A stretch of 64,000 bases of DNA from Mobula hypostoma (GCF_963921235.1 NC_086108.1:5394001-5458000); one strand, 5' to 3'; shown: positions 24,717 through 38,410, numbered from the stretch's first letter. The notes: generated by a model from the sequence alone, not told the origin. Made by a program: numbers and translations.

Positions 24717-27143
24717 ATAGAAACATAGAAAATAGGTGCAGGAGTAGGCCATTCGGCCCTTCGAGCCTGCACCGCCATTTATTATGATCATGGCTGATCA
24801 TCCAACTCAGAACCCCGCCCCAGCCTTCCCTCCATACCCCCTGACCCCTGTAGCCACAAGAGCCATATCTAACTCCCTCTTAAACATAGCCAATGAACTG
24901 GCCTCAACAGTTTGCTGTGGCAGAGAATTCCACAGATTCACCACTCTCTGTGTGAAGAAGTTTTTCCTAATCTCGGTCCTAAAAGGCTTCCCCTCTATCC
25001 TCAAACTGTGACCCCTCGTTCTGGACTTCCCCAACATCGGGAACAATCTTCCTGCATCTAGCCTGTCCAATCCCTTTAGGATCTTATACGTTTCAATCAG
25101 ATCCCCCCTCAATCTTCTAAATTCCAACGAGTACAAGCCCAGTTCATCCAGTCTTTCTTCATATGAAAGTCCTGCCATCCCAGGAATCAATCTGGTGAAC
25201 CTTCTTTGTACTCCCTCTATGGCAAAGATGTCTTTCCTCAGATTAGGGGACCAAAACTGCACACAATACTCCAGGTGTGGTCTCACCAAGGCCTTGTACA
25301 ACTGCAGTAGTACCTCCCTGCTCCTGTACTCGAATCCTCTCGCTATAAATGCCAGCATACCATTCGCCTTTTTCACCGCCTGCTGTACCTGCATGCCCAC
25401 TTTCAATGACTGGTGTATAATGACACCCAGGTCTCGCTGCACCTCCCCTTTTCCTAATCGGCCACCATTCAGATAATAATCTGTTTTCCTATTTTTGCCA
25501 CCAAAGTGGATAACTTCACATTTATGCACATTAAATTGCATCTGCCATGAGTTTGCCCACTCACCCAACCTATCCAAGTCACCCTGCATCCTCTTAGCAT
25601 CCTCCTCACTGCTAACACTGCCACCCAGCTTCGTGTCATCCGCAAACTTGGAGATGCTGCATTTAATTCCCTCATCCAAGTCATTAATATATATTGTAAA
25701 CAACTGGGGTCCCAGCACTGAGCCTTGCGGCACCCCACTAGTCACTGCCTGCCATTCTGAAAAGGTCCCGTTTATTCCCACTCTTTGCTTCCTGTCTGCT
25801 AACCAATTCTCCACCCACACCAATACCTTACCCCCAATACCGTGTGCTTTAAGTTTGCACACTAATCTCCTGTGTGGGACCTTGTCAAAAGCCTTTTGAA
25901 AATCCAAATATACCACATCCACTGGTTCTCCCCTATCCACTCTACTAGTTACATCCTCAAAAAATTATATGAGATTCGTCAGACATGATTTTCCTTTCAC
26001 AAATCCATGCTGACTTTGTCCGATCATTTCTCCGCTTTCCAAATGTGCTGTTATCACATCCTTGATAACTGACTCCAGCAGTTTCCCCACCACCGATGTT
26101 AGGCTAACCGGTCTATAATTCCCTGGTTTCTCTCTCCCTCCTTTTTTAAAAATTGGGGTTACATTAGCCACCCTCTAATCCTCAGGAACTAGTCCAGAAT
26201 CTAACGAGTTTTGAAAAATTATCACTAATGCATCCACTATTTCTTGGGCTACTTCCTTAAGCACTCTGGGATGCAGACCATCTGGCCCTGGGGATTTATC
26301 TGCCTTCAATCCCTTCAATTTACCTAACACCACTTCCCTACTAACATGTATTTCACTCAGTTCCTCCATCTCACTGGACCCTCTGTCCCTTACTATTTCG
26401 GGAAGATTATTTATGTCCTCCTTAGTGAAGACAGAACCAAAGTAATTATTCAATTGGTCTGCCATGTCCTTGCTCCCCATAATCAATTCACCTGTTTCTG
26501 TCTGCAGGGGACCTACATTTGTCTTTACCAGTCTTTTCCTTTTTACATATCTATAAAAGCTTTTACAGTCCGTTTTTATGTTCTCTGCCAGTTTTCTCTC
26601 ATAATCTTTTTTCCCCTTCCTAATTAAGCCCTTTGTCCTCCTCTGCTGAACTCTGAATTTCTCCCAGTCCTCAGGTGAGCCACTTTCTCTGGCTAATTTG
26701 TATGCTACTTCTTTGGAATTGATACTATCCCTAATTTCTCTTGTCAGCCACGGGTGCACTACCTTCCTTGATTTATTCTTTTGCCAAACTGGGATGAACA
26801 ATTGTTGTAGTTCATCCATGCAACCTTTAAATGCTTGCCATTGCATATCCACCGTCAATCCTTTAAGTGTCATTTGCCAGTCTATCTTAGCTAATTCACG
26901 TCTCATACCTTCAAAGTTACCCCTCTTTAAGTTCAGAACCTTTGTTTCTGAATTAACTATGTCACTCTCCATATTAATGAAGAATTCCACCATATTATGG
27001 TCACTCTTACCCAAGAGGCCTCTCACGACAAGATCGCTAATTAACCCTTCCTCATTGCTCAAAACCCAGTCCAGAATAGCCTGCTCTCTAGTTGGTTCCT
27101 CAACATGTTGGTTCAAAAAACCATCCCGCATACATTCCAAGAA
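24717..27143 (-). mobile_element. Young 5'-truncated CR1 LINE (ORF2 broken by small frameshifts)
   Basis: ORFs 26175-27191, 25965-26171 and 24807-25940 (KFADDTK); near-identical to 45149-47672; possible TSD GAAT. Confidence 0.95.
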
Positions 27144-27559
27144 TGCCTGAACTCCTTTGATAACTTTTATGGGCTGGTGTTTTATTTTCACTTGTTTTTT
27201 TTCTGCTGTTTGCAGAAAAAAATATTACTCGCTGGGAGCGGTGGGGCGTGTCTGATGTTTTATTTTGAACTGGTTCCATGGTTTTCTTTGTTTCGTGGCT
27301 GTCTGTGAGGAAAACAAATCTCAGGGTTGTATACTGAATATATAGTTTAATAATAAATGTACTTTGAAATTTGAACTTGTATTTTTATAAAATCACCTAT
27401 TACTCAGTTCATTTTCCTGTAATTACAGAACAATTACTTCTGTATTTTTCTAGAAACTTCTCAGTTTTCCGTAGCTCGTGTCGCGCCATTTGAATCTGGT
27501 GATTTCATAGGTAAATTGTTACCAATGAATTTTGTTCTCTCCAGCCTGAGTTTAATACC

Positions 27560-27920
27560 TCTGGGCCCGAACTCTCTGGAGTTTAGAAGGGTGAATGGGG
27601 ATCTCAGTGAATGTTGCGAGGCCTAGGTGGAATGGGTGTTGGGAGGATGGTCCCTATGGTGGGGGGTGGGGGGGGGGGTCTAGGACCAGAGGGCACAGCC
27701 TCAGAATAAAGATACATGCCTTTAGAATGGAGATGAGGAGGAATTTCTTTAGCCAGAGAGTGGTGAATCTGTGGAATTTGTTGCCACAGATGGCTATGGG
27801 TGCCAGGTCATTGGGTATATTTAAAGCAGAGGTTGATAGGTTCTTGATTAGTCAGGGCGTCAAAGGTTAGGGGGAGAAAGTGGGAGAATGGGGCTGAGAG
27901 GGATAATGAATCAGCCTAAT
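27560..27920 (+). mobile_element. CR1 3' fragment
   Basis: SRTRGHSLRI...FFSQRVVNLWN. Confidence 0.8.
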
Positions 27921-27939
27921 CATGCGACAGTTTAACTGA

Positions 27940-28120
27940 CCAAATAACGTACCAGCCGGTACGTCTTCAGACTGTGGGAGGAAGCACGAGCACCCAGAGG
28001 AAACCCACGCGATTGGGGGGGAACGCACAATCTCCTTACAGTCAGTGGTGGGCATTGAACCCGGGTCGCCTGTGCTGTAAACCATTGTGCTAACCACTAT
28101 GCTACCATACCACCCCAACA
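27940..28120 (-). mobile_element. V-SINE/HE1-like tRNA SINE
   Basis: Reverse strand GGGTTCAATGCCC (B box) and V-domain GGGTTTCCTCTGGGTGCTC. Confidence 0.65.
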
Positions 28121-28293
28121 TACAAACATACAGACCCCTTACATCGCCAGCAGCATATGTGAATCAGATCGTTACTGCAGTGCCACTTCTATGCAGATCA
28201 CTGGATTCAAAGTCTAGAGTGCTGATCCATTACTATGTTGAAGATTAAAACACAAACCAGTGCTGTAATAAGTTGCACTTTACAATCTTGTGT

Positions 28294-28462
28294 CAACACA
28301 CACAAAATGCTGGAGGACCTCAGCTGGGCAGGCAACATCAATGGAGGGCTGGGATCCTTCACTCAACATGAAATGTCAGCTGTTCAGTCATCTCCACCGA
28401 TGCTGCCTGGCCTGCTGAGTTCTTCCAGCAACTTGTGTGTGTGGCTCTGGATTCCCAGCACC
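28294..28462. mobile_element. Fold-back (inverted) Penelope-like terminal repeat
   Basis: ACACACAAAATGCTGGAGGACCTCAGC... / ...GCTGAGTTCTTCCAGCAACTTGTGTGT inverted arms. Confidence 0.65.
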
Positions 28463-30124
28463 TCTTTAATCACATGTAAAAAATGAACTTCTGGCTTCTG
28501 CCCCTTTCAAAAGTATTTCACTGGCTGTGAGGCTCCTCGGCTGTGAAATGTGTCCGAGATAGTCAAACCTTCTGTTTGAAAGGATGGTGGCCCATCTCGT
28601 GCGGGAGTGTCGCGCACAAGATAAACCGGAGTGCAGAGGACAACAAACTGTGCAGGTGGAAATGTAAATAAACAGCAATAAATACTGAGAACATGAGATA
28701 ATGAGATAAAGGGTCCTTAAAGTGAGATCATTGGTTGTGGAAACATTTCAATGATGGGGCAAGTGAGTGTAGTTATCCACTTTGGTTCAAGAGCCTGAAA
28801 GTTGAGAGGTAATAACTGTTCTTGAACCTGGTGGTGTGAGTACTGAGGTTCTTGTACCTTCTACCTGATGGCAGCAGCGAAAAAGAGATCATGTCCTGGG
28901 TGGTGAGGATCTCCAATGATGGATGCTGCTTTCCTGCGACAGTGTTTCATGTAGATGTGCTCGATGGTTGGGAGGGTTTTAACCCGCGATGGACTGAGCT
29001 GAATCCACTACCTTCTGTAGGATTTTCTGTTCAAAGGTATTAGTTTCCGTACCAGGCTGTGTTGCAGTCAGTCAATACACTCTCCATCACACATCTATAT
29101 CCTCAGGTCACAAGTAAGCAGTTTTGTAAAATATTGCTGTAAGTCGGCAGAGAATGTCTGGTGCTGCCACAGCCACTGGACGAGCAGTTACATCAATAGA
29201 ACAGTGCACACTTCAAAATGGTAAAATTACTGTTATGAAATTGCAGAGCATTGATTTCTGAATGGCTAATCAATCTGTGTCCTACTGTGTAAATGGTGGT
29301 TGTAATCCCCTTTCCCCTTCCAAATATCTCCTTGTGAACTGTGGGTCTGTATTGTCTCCTCCCTCCCAGTATCTTTTTTTTTCTCTTTTTAAATATACTT
29401 CACACTGCTTAAGATAAAGTGATCATATCAATAGTTTCACAACGAGTTATTATTCCCCTTACTTAACATAGAACATTTCAGCACAGTACAGACCCTTTGG
29501 CCCACAATGTTGTGCTGACTTTATAACCAAGATCAATCTAACTCCCACATAGCCTCCATTTTTCTATCATCCATGAGCCTACCTGAGAGTCTTTTAAATA
29601 TCGCTCATGTATCTGCCTCTACCCACACCCCCCCCCCCCGGCAGCACGTTCCTCACTCCTACCACACTCTGTGTAAAAAAACTTAACCTCTGAGATCACC
29701 CCCTATACTTTCCTCCAATCACCTTCAAATTATGCTCCCTCATGTTAGTCATTTCTGCCTTGTTTAAAGTCTTTAGCTTTCCACTCGGTCAATGCCCCTT
29801 ATCATCTTGTACATGATCTGGCTGTTTCATAAAGTTTGTTATGTGCCAGGTCGTATGACGTGGGCGATTATGCTCTGTCCATGACCTCTAGGCAACTTTT
29901 TCCTGCTGTGCTGCAGGGATCAGTGCTGGGTCCCTTGTTCTTTGCCATTTATATCAATGATCTGGATGATAATGTGGTTAAATAGATCAGCACATCTGAG
30001 GATGATACCAAGATTGGGGCTGTAGTGGACAGCGAGGAAGGCTATCATTACTTGCAGAGGGATCTGTATCAGCTGGAAAAATGGGCTGAAAAATGGAAGA
30101 TGGAATTTAATGCAAACAAGGTTA

Positions 30125-33100
30125 TTTCTTCAGCACTTTGAACAGGGCATGACTGCGCAAACGTGTGGAGGTCGGCCAGTGAGAACAGCAGGAAGAATTT
30201 TAAAAAGAAGACAGATTACAGAACAGGCGTCAGAGGAGCGGGCGACAGAGTAGTCGGAGACAGAATAGGAAGGCTTTGGCTCAACGGGGCTTCGGCGATA
30301 AAGGGTCGAGGCGAGGAAGGTTGTCTTTTGAGAATACAGACAGAATGTATGTGTGTGAGTCTGGTTTTCTGTACTTGGTGTCAGATGTGGGAGGTCCTGG
30401 AGACTCCCAGCCTCCCGGAAGGCCACATCTGCACCAGGTATGTCGAACTGGGTATGCAGCTCGATGACCTTCGTCTGATCAGGGAGAATGAGGAGGGGAT
30501 AGAGAGGAGTTATAGGCAAGTAGTCACACCGGGGCCTGGGGAGACAGATAAGTAGGTAACTGTCAGGAGAGGGAAAGGCAAGAAGCAGGTACTAGAGAGT
30601 ACCCCAGTGGATGTCCCCCTTAACAATAAGTACTCCTGTTTGAGTACTGTTGGGGGGGAACAACCTACCTGGGGGAAGCAACAGTGGCCGTGCCTCTAGC
30701 GCAGAGTCTGGCCCTGTGGCTCAGAAGGGGAGGGAAAGGAAGAGGATGGCAGCAGTGATAGGGGACTCTATAGTTAGGGGGGGCAGACAGGAGATTCTGT
30801 GCACGCATGAAAAAAACACAGATGGTAGTTTGCCTCCCAGGTGCCAGGGTCTGGGATGTTCCTGATCGTGTTCCACAATGTCTTGAACTGGGAAGGTGAA
30901 CAGCCAGAGGTTGTGGTACATATTGGTACCAACGACATAGGCAGGAAAAGGGAGGAGGTCCTGAAAACAGACTACAGAGAGTTAGGAAGGAAGTTGAGAA
31001 GCAGGACCTCAAAGGTAGTCATCTCGGGATTACTGCCTGTGCCACGCGACAGTGAGAGTAGGAATGCGATGAGGTGGAGGATAAATGCGTGGCTGAGGGA
31101 TTGGAGCAGGGGGCAGGGATTCAGATTTCTTGATCATTGGGACCTCTTTTGGGGCAGGTGTGACCTCTATAAAAAGGACGGGTTGCACTTGAATCCCAGG
31201 GGGACCAATATCCTGGTGGGGAGGTTTGCAAGGGCTGTTGGGGAGAGTTTAAACTAGAATTGCTGGGGGGGTGGGAACCGAACTGAAGTGTCGGAGGAAA
31301 GGGAGGTTGGCTCACAAATAGAGAAAGCTTGAAGACAGTGTGAAAGGGAGGATAGGCAGGTGATAGAGAAGGGACATACTCAGACCAATGGTTCGAGATG
31401 TGTCTATTTTAGTGCAAGGCGTATTATGAATAAAGCGAATGAGCTTAGAGCGTGGATCAGCACTTGGAGCTATGATGTTGTGGCCATCACAGAGACTTGG
31501 ATGGCTCAGGGACAGGAATGGTTACTCAGAGTGCCAGGCTTTAGATGTTTCAGAAAGGACAGGGAGGGAGGCAAAAGAGGTGGGGGCGTGGAACTGCTGA
31601 TCAGAGATAGTGTCACGGCTGCAGAAAAGGAGGAAGTCATGGAGGGATTGTCTACGGAGTCTCTATGGCTGGAAGTTAGGAATAGGAAAGGCTCAATAAC
31701 TCTACTGGGCATTTTTTAATAGAGCACCCAATAGTAACAGGGACATTGAGGAGCAGATAGGGAGACAGATTCTGGAAAAGAGTAATAATAACAGGGTTGT
31801 TGTGATGAGAGATTTTAATTTCCCAAATATTGATTGGCATCTCCCAAGAGTAAGGGGTTTAGATGGGCTGGAGTTTGTTAGGTGTGTTCAGGAAGGTTTC
31901 TTGACACAATATGTAGATAAGCCTAAAAGAGGAGAGGCTGTACTTGATCTGGTATTGGGAAATGAACCTGGTCAGGTGTCAGGTCTCTCAGTGGGAGAGC
32001 ATTTTGGAGATAGTGATCATAATTCTATCTCCCTTACCATAGTATTGGAGAGAGATAGGAACAGACAAGTTAAGGAAATGTTTAATTGGAGTAAGGGGAA
32101 ATATGAGCCTATCAGGCAGGGACTTGGAAGCATCAATTGAGAACAGAAGTTCTCAGGGAAACGTACGGAAGAAATATGGCAAATATTCAAGGGATATTTG
32201 CATGGGGTTCTGAGTAGGTATGTTCCAAAGAGACATGGAAAGGATGGCAGAGTACAAGATCCATGGTGTACAAAGGCTGTTGTAAACCTAGTCAAGTAGA
32301 AATGAAAAGCTTCAAAAAACTAGGTATTGATGGGAATCTAGAAGATTATAAGGCTCGCAGGAAGGAGCTTTAGAATGAAATTAGGAGAGCCAGAAGGGGC
32401 CAGAGAAGGCCTTGGCGGACAGGATTAAGGAAAACCCCAAGGCATTCTACAAGTATGTGAAGAGCAAGAGGATAAGACGTGAGAGAATAGGACCAATCAA
32501 GTGTGACAGTGGAAAAGTGTGTATGGAACCGGAGGAGATAGCGGAGGCACTTAATGAATGCTTCAGTATTCACTATGGAAAAGGATCTTGGCAATTGTAG
32601 GGATGACTTGCAGTAGACTGAAAAGATTGAGCATGTAGATATTAAGGAAGAGGATGTGCTGGAGCTTTTGGAAAGCATCAAGTTGGATAAGTCACCAGGA
32701 CTGTACGGGACGGATACTGTGGGAAGTGAGGGAGGAGATTGCTGAGCCTCTGGTGATGATCTTTGCATCATCAATGGGGATGGGAGAGGTTCCGGAGGAT
32801 TGGAGGGTTGCAGATGTTGTTCCCTTATTCGAGAAAGGGAGCAGAGATAGCCCAGGAAATTGTAGACCAGTGAGTCTTACTTCAGTGGTTGGTAAGTTGA
32901 TGGAGAAGCTCCTGAGAAGCAGGATTTATGAACATTTGGAGAAGCATAATATGATTAGGAATAGTCAGCATGGCTTTGTCAAAGGCAGGTTGTGCCTTAC
33001 GAGCCTGAGTAAATTTTCTGAGGATGTAACTAAACACATTGATGAAGGAAGAGCAGTAGATGTAGTGTATATGGATTTCAGCAAGGCATTTGATAAGGTA

Positions 33101-33908
33101 CCCCATGCAAGGCTTATTGAGAAAGTAAGGAGGCATGGGATCCAAGGGGACATTGCTTTGTGGATCCAGAACTGGCTTGCCCACAGAAGGCAAAGTGTGG
33201 TTGTAGACGGGCCATATTCTGCATGGAGGTTGGTGACCAGTGGTGTGCCTCAGGGATCTGTTCTGGGACTCCTACTCTTTGTGATTTTTATAAATGACCT
33301 CGATGAGGAAGTGAAGGGATGGGTTAGTAAATTTGCTGATGACACAAAGGTTGGGGGTGTTGTGGATAGTGTGGAGGGATGTTAGAGGTTACAGCGGGAC
33401 ATCGATAGGATGCAAGACTGGGCTAAGAAGTGGCAGATGGAAGTTCAACCCAGATCAGTGTGAGGTGGATCATTTTGGTAGATCAGATATGATGGTAGAA
33501 TATAGTATTAATGGTAAGATCCTTGGCAGTGTGGAGGATCAGAGGGATCTTGGGGTCCGAGTCCATAGGACACTCAAAGCTGCTACACAGGTTGACTCTG
33601 TGGTTAAGAAGGTGTACGGCGTATTGGCCTTCATCAATCATGGGATTGAGTTTAGGAGCCGAGAGGTAATATTGCCGCTATATAGAACCCTGGTCAGACC
33701 CCACTTGGAGTACTGTGCTCAGTTCTGGTCGCCTCACTACAGCCAGGATATGGAAACCATAGAAAGGGTGCAGAGGAGATTTACAAGGATGTTGCCTGGA
33801 CTGGGGAGCTTGCCTTATGAAAGCAGGTTGAGTGTAAACAGCCTTTTCTCCTTGGAGCGACGGAGGATGAGAGATGACAGGGTAGAGGTGTATAAGATGG
33901 TGAGAGGG
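30125..33908 (+). mobile_element. Near-full-length degenerate CR1 LINE (5' UTR, ORF1, ORF2; 3' end missing)
   Basis: ORF1 CTWCQMW...HICTR zinc finger and GDS / HIGTND / DGLHLN SGNH esterase; ORF2 VAITETW, DFNFP, LDLVL, QHGF, KFADDTK. Confidence 0.92.
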
Positions 33909-33959
33909 AAGGAGCACCCTCATCTCCTTTGGTAGAAACTTATCTCCACCCTGCCAGCC

Positions 33960-34500
33960 ATCCCTCCTACATAGCTCCTATTTTCCTATCATCCAGTGGC
34001 TGTATAAGAAACTCTTATATGTCACTAATGTATCAGCTTCTATCACTACCCCCGGGTGGGGATTCCATGCATCCACCACTCTCTGTGTAAAAAACCTACC
34101 TCTGATATCGCCCCTATACTTTCCTTCACTCACTTAAAATTATGCTCCCTCATATTAGTCATGTCCACCCTGGGAAAACATATCTGGCTGTCCATTCAAT
34201 CTTGTACACCTCTATCAATTCACCTCTCATCCTGCTTCACTCCAAAGAGAAAACCCTTAGCTCACTCAACCTATCCTCATAAGACACACTCTCCAATCCA
34301 GGCAGCTTCTTGGTAAAGCTCCTCCGCACCCCCTCTAAAGCTTCCACATCCTTCCTAAAATGAGGCGACCAGAACTGAACACAACACTCCAGGTGTGGGT
34401 TAACCAGAGTTTTGTGGATCTGTAACATTACTGTGCAGTTCTTGAACTGAGTCCCCAACAAATGAAGGCCAACATCCCATACATCTTCTTAACAGCCCTA
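33960..34500 (-). mobile_element. CR1 3' fragment
   Basis: LECCVQFWSPHFRKDVEALE on the minus strand. Confidence 0.8.
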
Positions 34501-34609
34501 TCATCTAGACTAACCCTATATCATTAGCATGTGCTGAATTATCATTCCCTCACAGGCCTAAAACCAGTGGTTTATGATTGTTTTTGAACACAGACTTGAG
34601 TGTGTAGGA

Positions 34610-35520
34610 GGTTCCATTCTCAAGAACAGAGAAGTCTACAGAAATTGGTGGACACAGCCCAGTCCATCACAGGAAAATCGCTCCCCACCTTTGAGCACAT
34701 TTATGAGGAGCACTGCCCCAAGAAATCAGCATCCATCATCAAGGACCCCCACCACCCAGGCTGTGCTTTCTTCTCGCTGCTGCCATCGGGCAGGAGGTAC
34801 AGGAGCCTCAGGTCCCACACCACCAGGTTCAGGAACAGTTATTACCCCACAACCATCAGGCTCCTGAACCAGTGTGGATAACTTCACTCACCACAATGAG
34901 CCTCAGGTCCCACACCACCAGGTTCAGGAACAGTTATTACCCCACAACCATCAGGCTCCTGAACCAGTGTGGATAACTTCACTCACCACAATGAGCCTCA
35001 GGTCCCACTTCACCAGGTTCAGGAACAGTTATTACCCCACAACCATCAGGCTCCTGAACCAGTGTGGATAACTTCACTCACCACAATGAGCCTCAGGTCC
35101 CACACCACCAGGTTCAGGAACAGTTATTACCCCACAACCATCAGGCTCCTGAACCAGTGTGGATAACTTCACTCAGCACAATGAGCCTCAGGTCCCACAC
35201 CACCAGGTTCAGGAACAGTTATTACCCCACAACCATCAGGCTCCTGAACCAGTGTGGATAACTTCACTCACCACAACTCTGAACTGATTCCACAAACTAC
35301 AGACTCACTTTCAAGGACTCGATAACTCACGTTCTCAGCATTTTTAAAAAATCTGCACAGTTTGTCTTTTTTTCGCACATTGGCTGTTTGTCAGTCTTTG
35401 CTTGTGTATAGTTTTTCATAAATGCTGTTGTATTTCTTTATTTTCCTGTAAATGCCTGCAGGAAAAGGAATCTCCAGGTGACACGTACGCAGTGTGATGA
35501 CAAGTTTACTTTGACTTTGT
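34610..35520 (+). repeat. Rex1/Babar-like LINE tail with 5 tandem 95-bp units (34803-35276)
   Basis: IIKDPHHPGCAFFSLLPSGRRYRSLRSHTTRFRNSYYP; units at 34803, 34898, 34993, 35088 and 35183. Confidence 0.93.
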
Positions 35521-35659
35521 CTCAGACAGTGGATTTCCCCATGGGCCCCCTGCAGAAGTGGCAGCTGTTTCTGTCTGTCTCCCAGCGCATGGTGGTGGAA
35601 CCCTAAGTGTGCCAGTTTGTGGGACTCGTCGGTGGACAATACTCATGAGATTTGGGCAG

Positions 35660-36440
35660 ATCAAAGGACATTATTGACGCAAAGGTAAGCAGAGGGGCAG
35701 GTAGTGTTGAGGAAGCAGGGAGGCTGTAGAAGGACATGGACAGATTAGGAGAACGGGCAAAGAAATGGCAGATGGAATACAGGGTCGGGAAGTGTGTGGT
35801 CACGCACTTTGGTAGAAGGAACAAAAGCATTGACTATTTTCTGAATGGACAGAAAATTCAAAAATCTGAGTTGAGAGTCCCCGTGCAGGATTCCCCAGAG
35901 GTTAACTCGAAGGTTGAGTTGGTGGTGAGGAAGGCAAATACAATGGGAGTATTCATTTCGAGAAGACTAGAATGTAAAAGCAAGGATATAATGCTGAGGC
36001 TTTATAAAGCATTGGTTAGACTGCACTTGGGAGTATTGTGAGCAGTTTGGAGCTCTAAGAAAGGATGCACTGAGGGTTCGAGCAAGTTCACGAAAAATAT
36101 TCCAGGAATGAAAGCTTTATGAGGGGTGTCTGATGTCTCTGAGCCTGTACTCACTGGAATTTAGAAGAATGGGGGAAGCAGGGGTATCTGATTAGAACCA
36201 ATCGATTATTGAAAGGCCTAGCTAGAGTGGATGTAGAGAAGATGTTTCCCATGGTGAGAGAGTATAGGACTAGAGGACACAGCCTCAGAATAGAGGGGCG
36301 TCCTCTTAGAATGGCGATGGAGAGGAATTTCTTTAGCCAGAGAGTGGTGAATCTGTGGAATTTGTTGCCACAGGCGACTGTGAAGGCCTGGCCATTGGGT
36401 GTATTTAAGTTAGAGGTTGATAAATTCTTGAGTAGGAGTT
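35660..36440 (+). mobile_element. CR1 RT/3' fragment
   Basis: KKWQMEY, LYKALVR, TRGHSLRI. Confidence 0.8.
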
Positions 36441-37010
36441 GATAGGGTCTTGAGGAGATTTGGTATGTCACCAAAGATACTAGCAAATTTCTAAGGGTGT
36501 ACGATGCAGAGCATTCTAACTGACTGCGTCACCTTCTGGTATGGGGGGGCGGGGGGCGGTGTTTGCTACTACACAGGAACAAAATAAGCAGCAGAGAGTT
36601 GCAAACTTTGTCAACTCCGGCATGTGCACCAGCCCCTGTATTATCCAGGACATCTTCAAGAATCAATGCCTCAAAAAGGCGGCATCTATCACTGAGGACC
36701 CCCATCACCCAGGACGTGCCCTCTTCTCATTGCTACCATCAGGGAGGAGGTACAGGATCCTGAAGACACACACTCAACGATTCAGGAACAGCTTCTTCCC
36801 CTCTGCCATCCGATTTCTGATTGGACATTGAAGCCTTTTCGACTACTTTTTTATTTCTATTTTTGTACTGCTTATTTAATTTAAATATTTAATACACTTA
36901 CTGTAATTCACAGTTCTTCCCCCATTATTATAAATTGCATTGTACTGCTGTCGCAAAGACAACAAATTTCACGATATATGCCGGCCGGTGATACTAAACC
37001 GGATTCTGAT
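36440..37010 (+). mobile_element. Rex1/Babar-like LINE 3' fragment (single, non-tandem tail)
   Basis: DPHHPGRALFSLLPSGRRYRILKTHTQRFRNSFFPSAIR. Confidence 0.8.
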
Positions 37011-37418
37011 CAGTCAGGGCATGAAGGGGTACAGGGAAAAGGCAGGAGACCGAGATTGAGAGGGAAATGGATCACTTATGATGAAATGGCCGAATTCTGC
37101 TCCAACATCTAAGGTTCTTATGAGTTAGAGTCTGTCTTTTTCCCTTTGAAATGGCCAGAAAGAATTCATGATAAATAAACACATTCATTCATTGTTGCTA
37201 CTGGGTAGAATGCAATGCATGGTTAGTTTGTGCCTGAACCCCACGATTAGAACACAAACATAAAATAACATAAATGCAGCCAACACTTATGAAATCGAAA
37301 CAGGAGTGGCTTTAAATTGCGGTCAAAGGTTTATCATACATCATTTATTATTCAATTATATAAACACCTTTTATGAAATTTTCCAGATAAATCAGCTTGC
37401 TTGCTCTTCTGTTAATAA

Positions 37419-38175
37419 CACTGGCCAACAAATTGTTTCATCAGAAATTTCTTTCATTTATGATAGATTGCTTGAAACTGAACACAAATATAATTTCAGA
37501 CTACTTGTATCATGTAGGAATTTGGAGAAACAAGAAATTAACTTCTATTGAATATAATGTGTTTTATTTGCTTAATGGTGCTGATGCTTTGCAATAGTTC
37601 AACTAAGCTAAAAATGTTTTGTTGATGATTTTCATTTGTACTCAGTGTCTGAGTCTTGCTTAAGTGTCCGACAATAATCAGCCAGCACTGATGGATTTCA
37701 ATTGCCCTGATACCATTTCTTCATGACCATAATGTCCTCGTGAAACCTTTCACCATGCTCATCACTGACAGTGCCAAGATTTGCAGGGAAGAAGTCTAAA
37801 TGGGAATGCAGAAAATGAATCTTTAGTGACATGTTGCACTTCATGGTTTTGTATGCTTGAAGCATGCTTTCAACCAGCTGCACATAGTTTGGTGCTCTAT
37901 AGTTGCCAAGAAAATTTTCAACCACTTCCTTGAATGCCTTCCATGTAATCTTCTCTGGTCTCACTAGTAGTTCTTTGAATAACCTGTCATTGATGACCTG
38001 TTAGATTTGTGTATCAACAAAAATGCCTTCCTTAATCTTGGTCTTAAACTATGAATTGAAGTAACAAATAGAGGTGATTTCCTAAAATGGTGTGTACTGG
38101 GGAAATTTCATGATGATTCTCATGTTCAGCAGCCCAAAATCTATAAATTACACCCAAAGTCTTTGTTCTCCAGTG
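37419..38175 (-). mobile_element. CMC/Chapaev-3-like DNA transposon, internally deleted
   Basis: Termini CACTGG...CCAGTG with TAA on both sides; transposase motif CNMSLKIHFLHSHLDFFPANLGTVSDEHGERFH. Confidence 0.78.
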
Positions 38176-38238
38176 TAATCTATTGATATGGAGCTGTAAA
38201 AGGTCAGGAAGATCTATGAAGCAACATTTCATCTATCT

Positions 38239-38410
38239 CAGTCAACGCTTTTGGCCTAGATCTTTCATTAAGACCCTTCGACAGTCTTGATGAATGGTCT
38301 CAGTCCAAAACGTCAACTGTTTATTCCTCTCTACAGATGCTGCCTGGCCCGCTGAGTTCCTCCAGCATTTTGTGTGTGTTGCTCTGGATTCCCAGCATCT
38401 GCAGGCTCTC
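38239..38410. mobile_element. Penelope-like ends with two oppositely oriented degenerate hammerheads
   Basis: Minus-strand copy at 38239-38274; plus-strand cagtc TTGATGA atggtctcagtcc AAAA cgtc aactg at 38282-38319. Confidence 0.6.
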
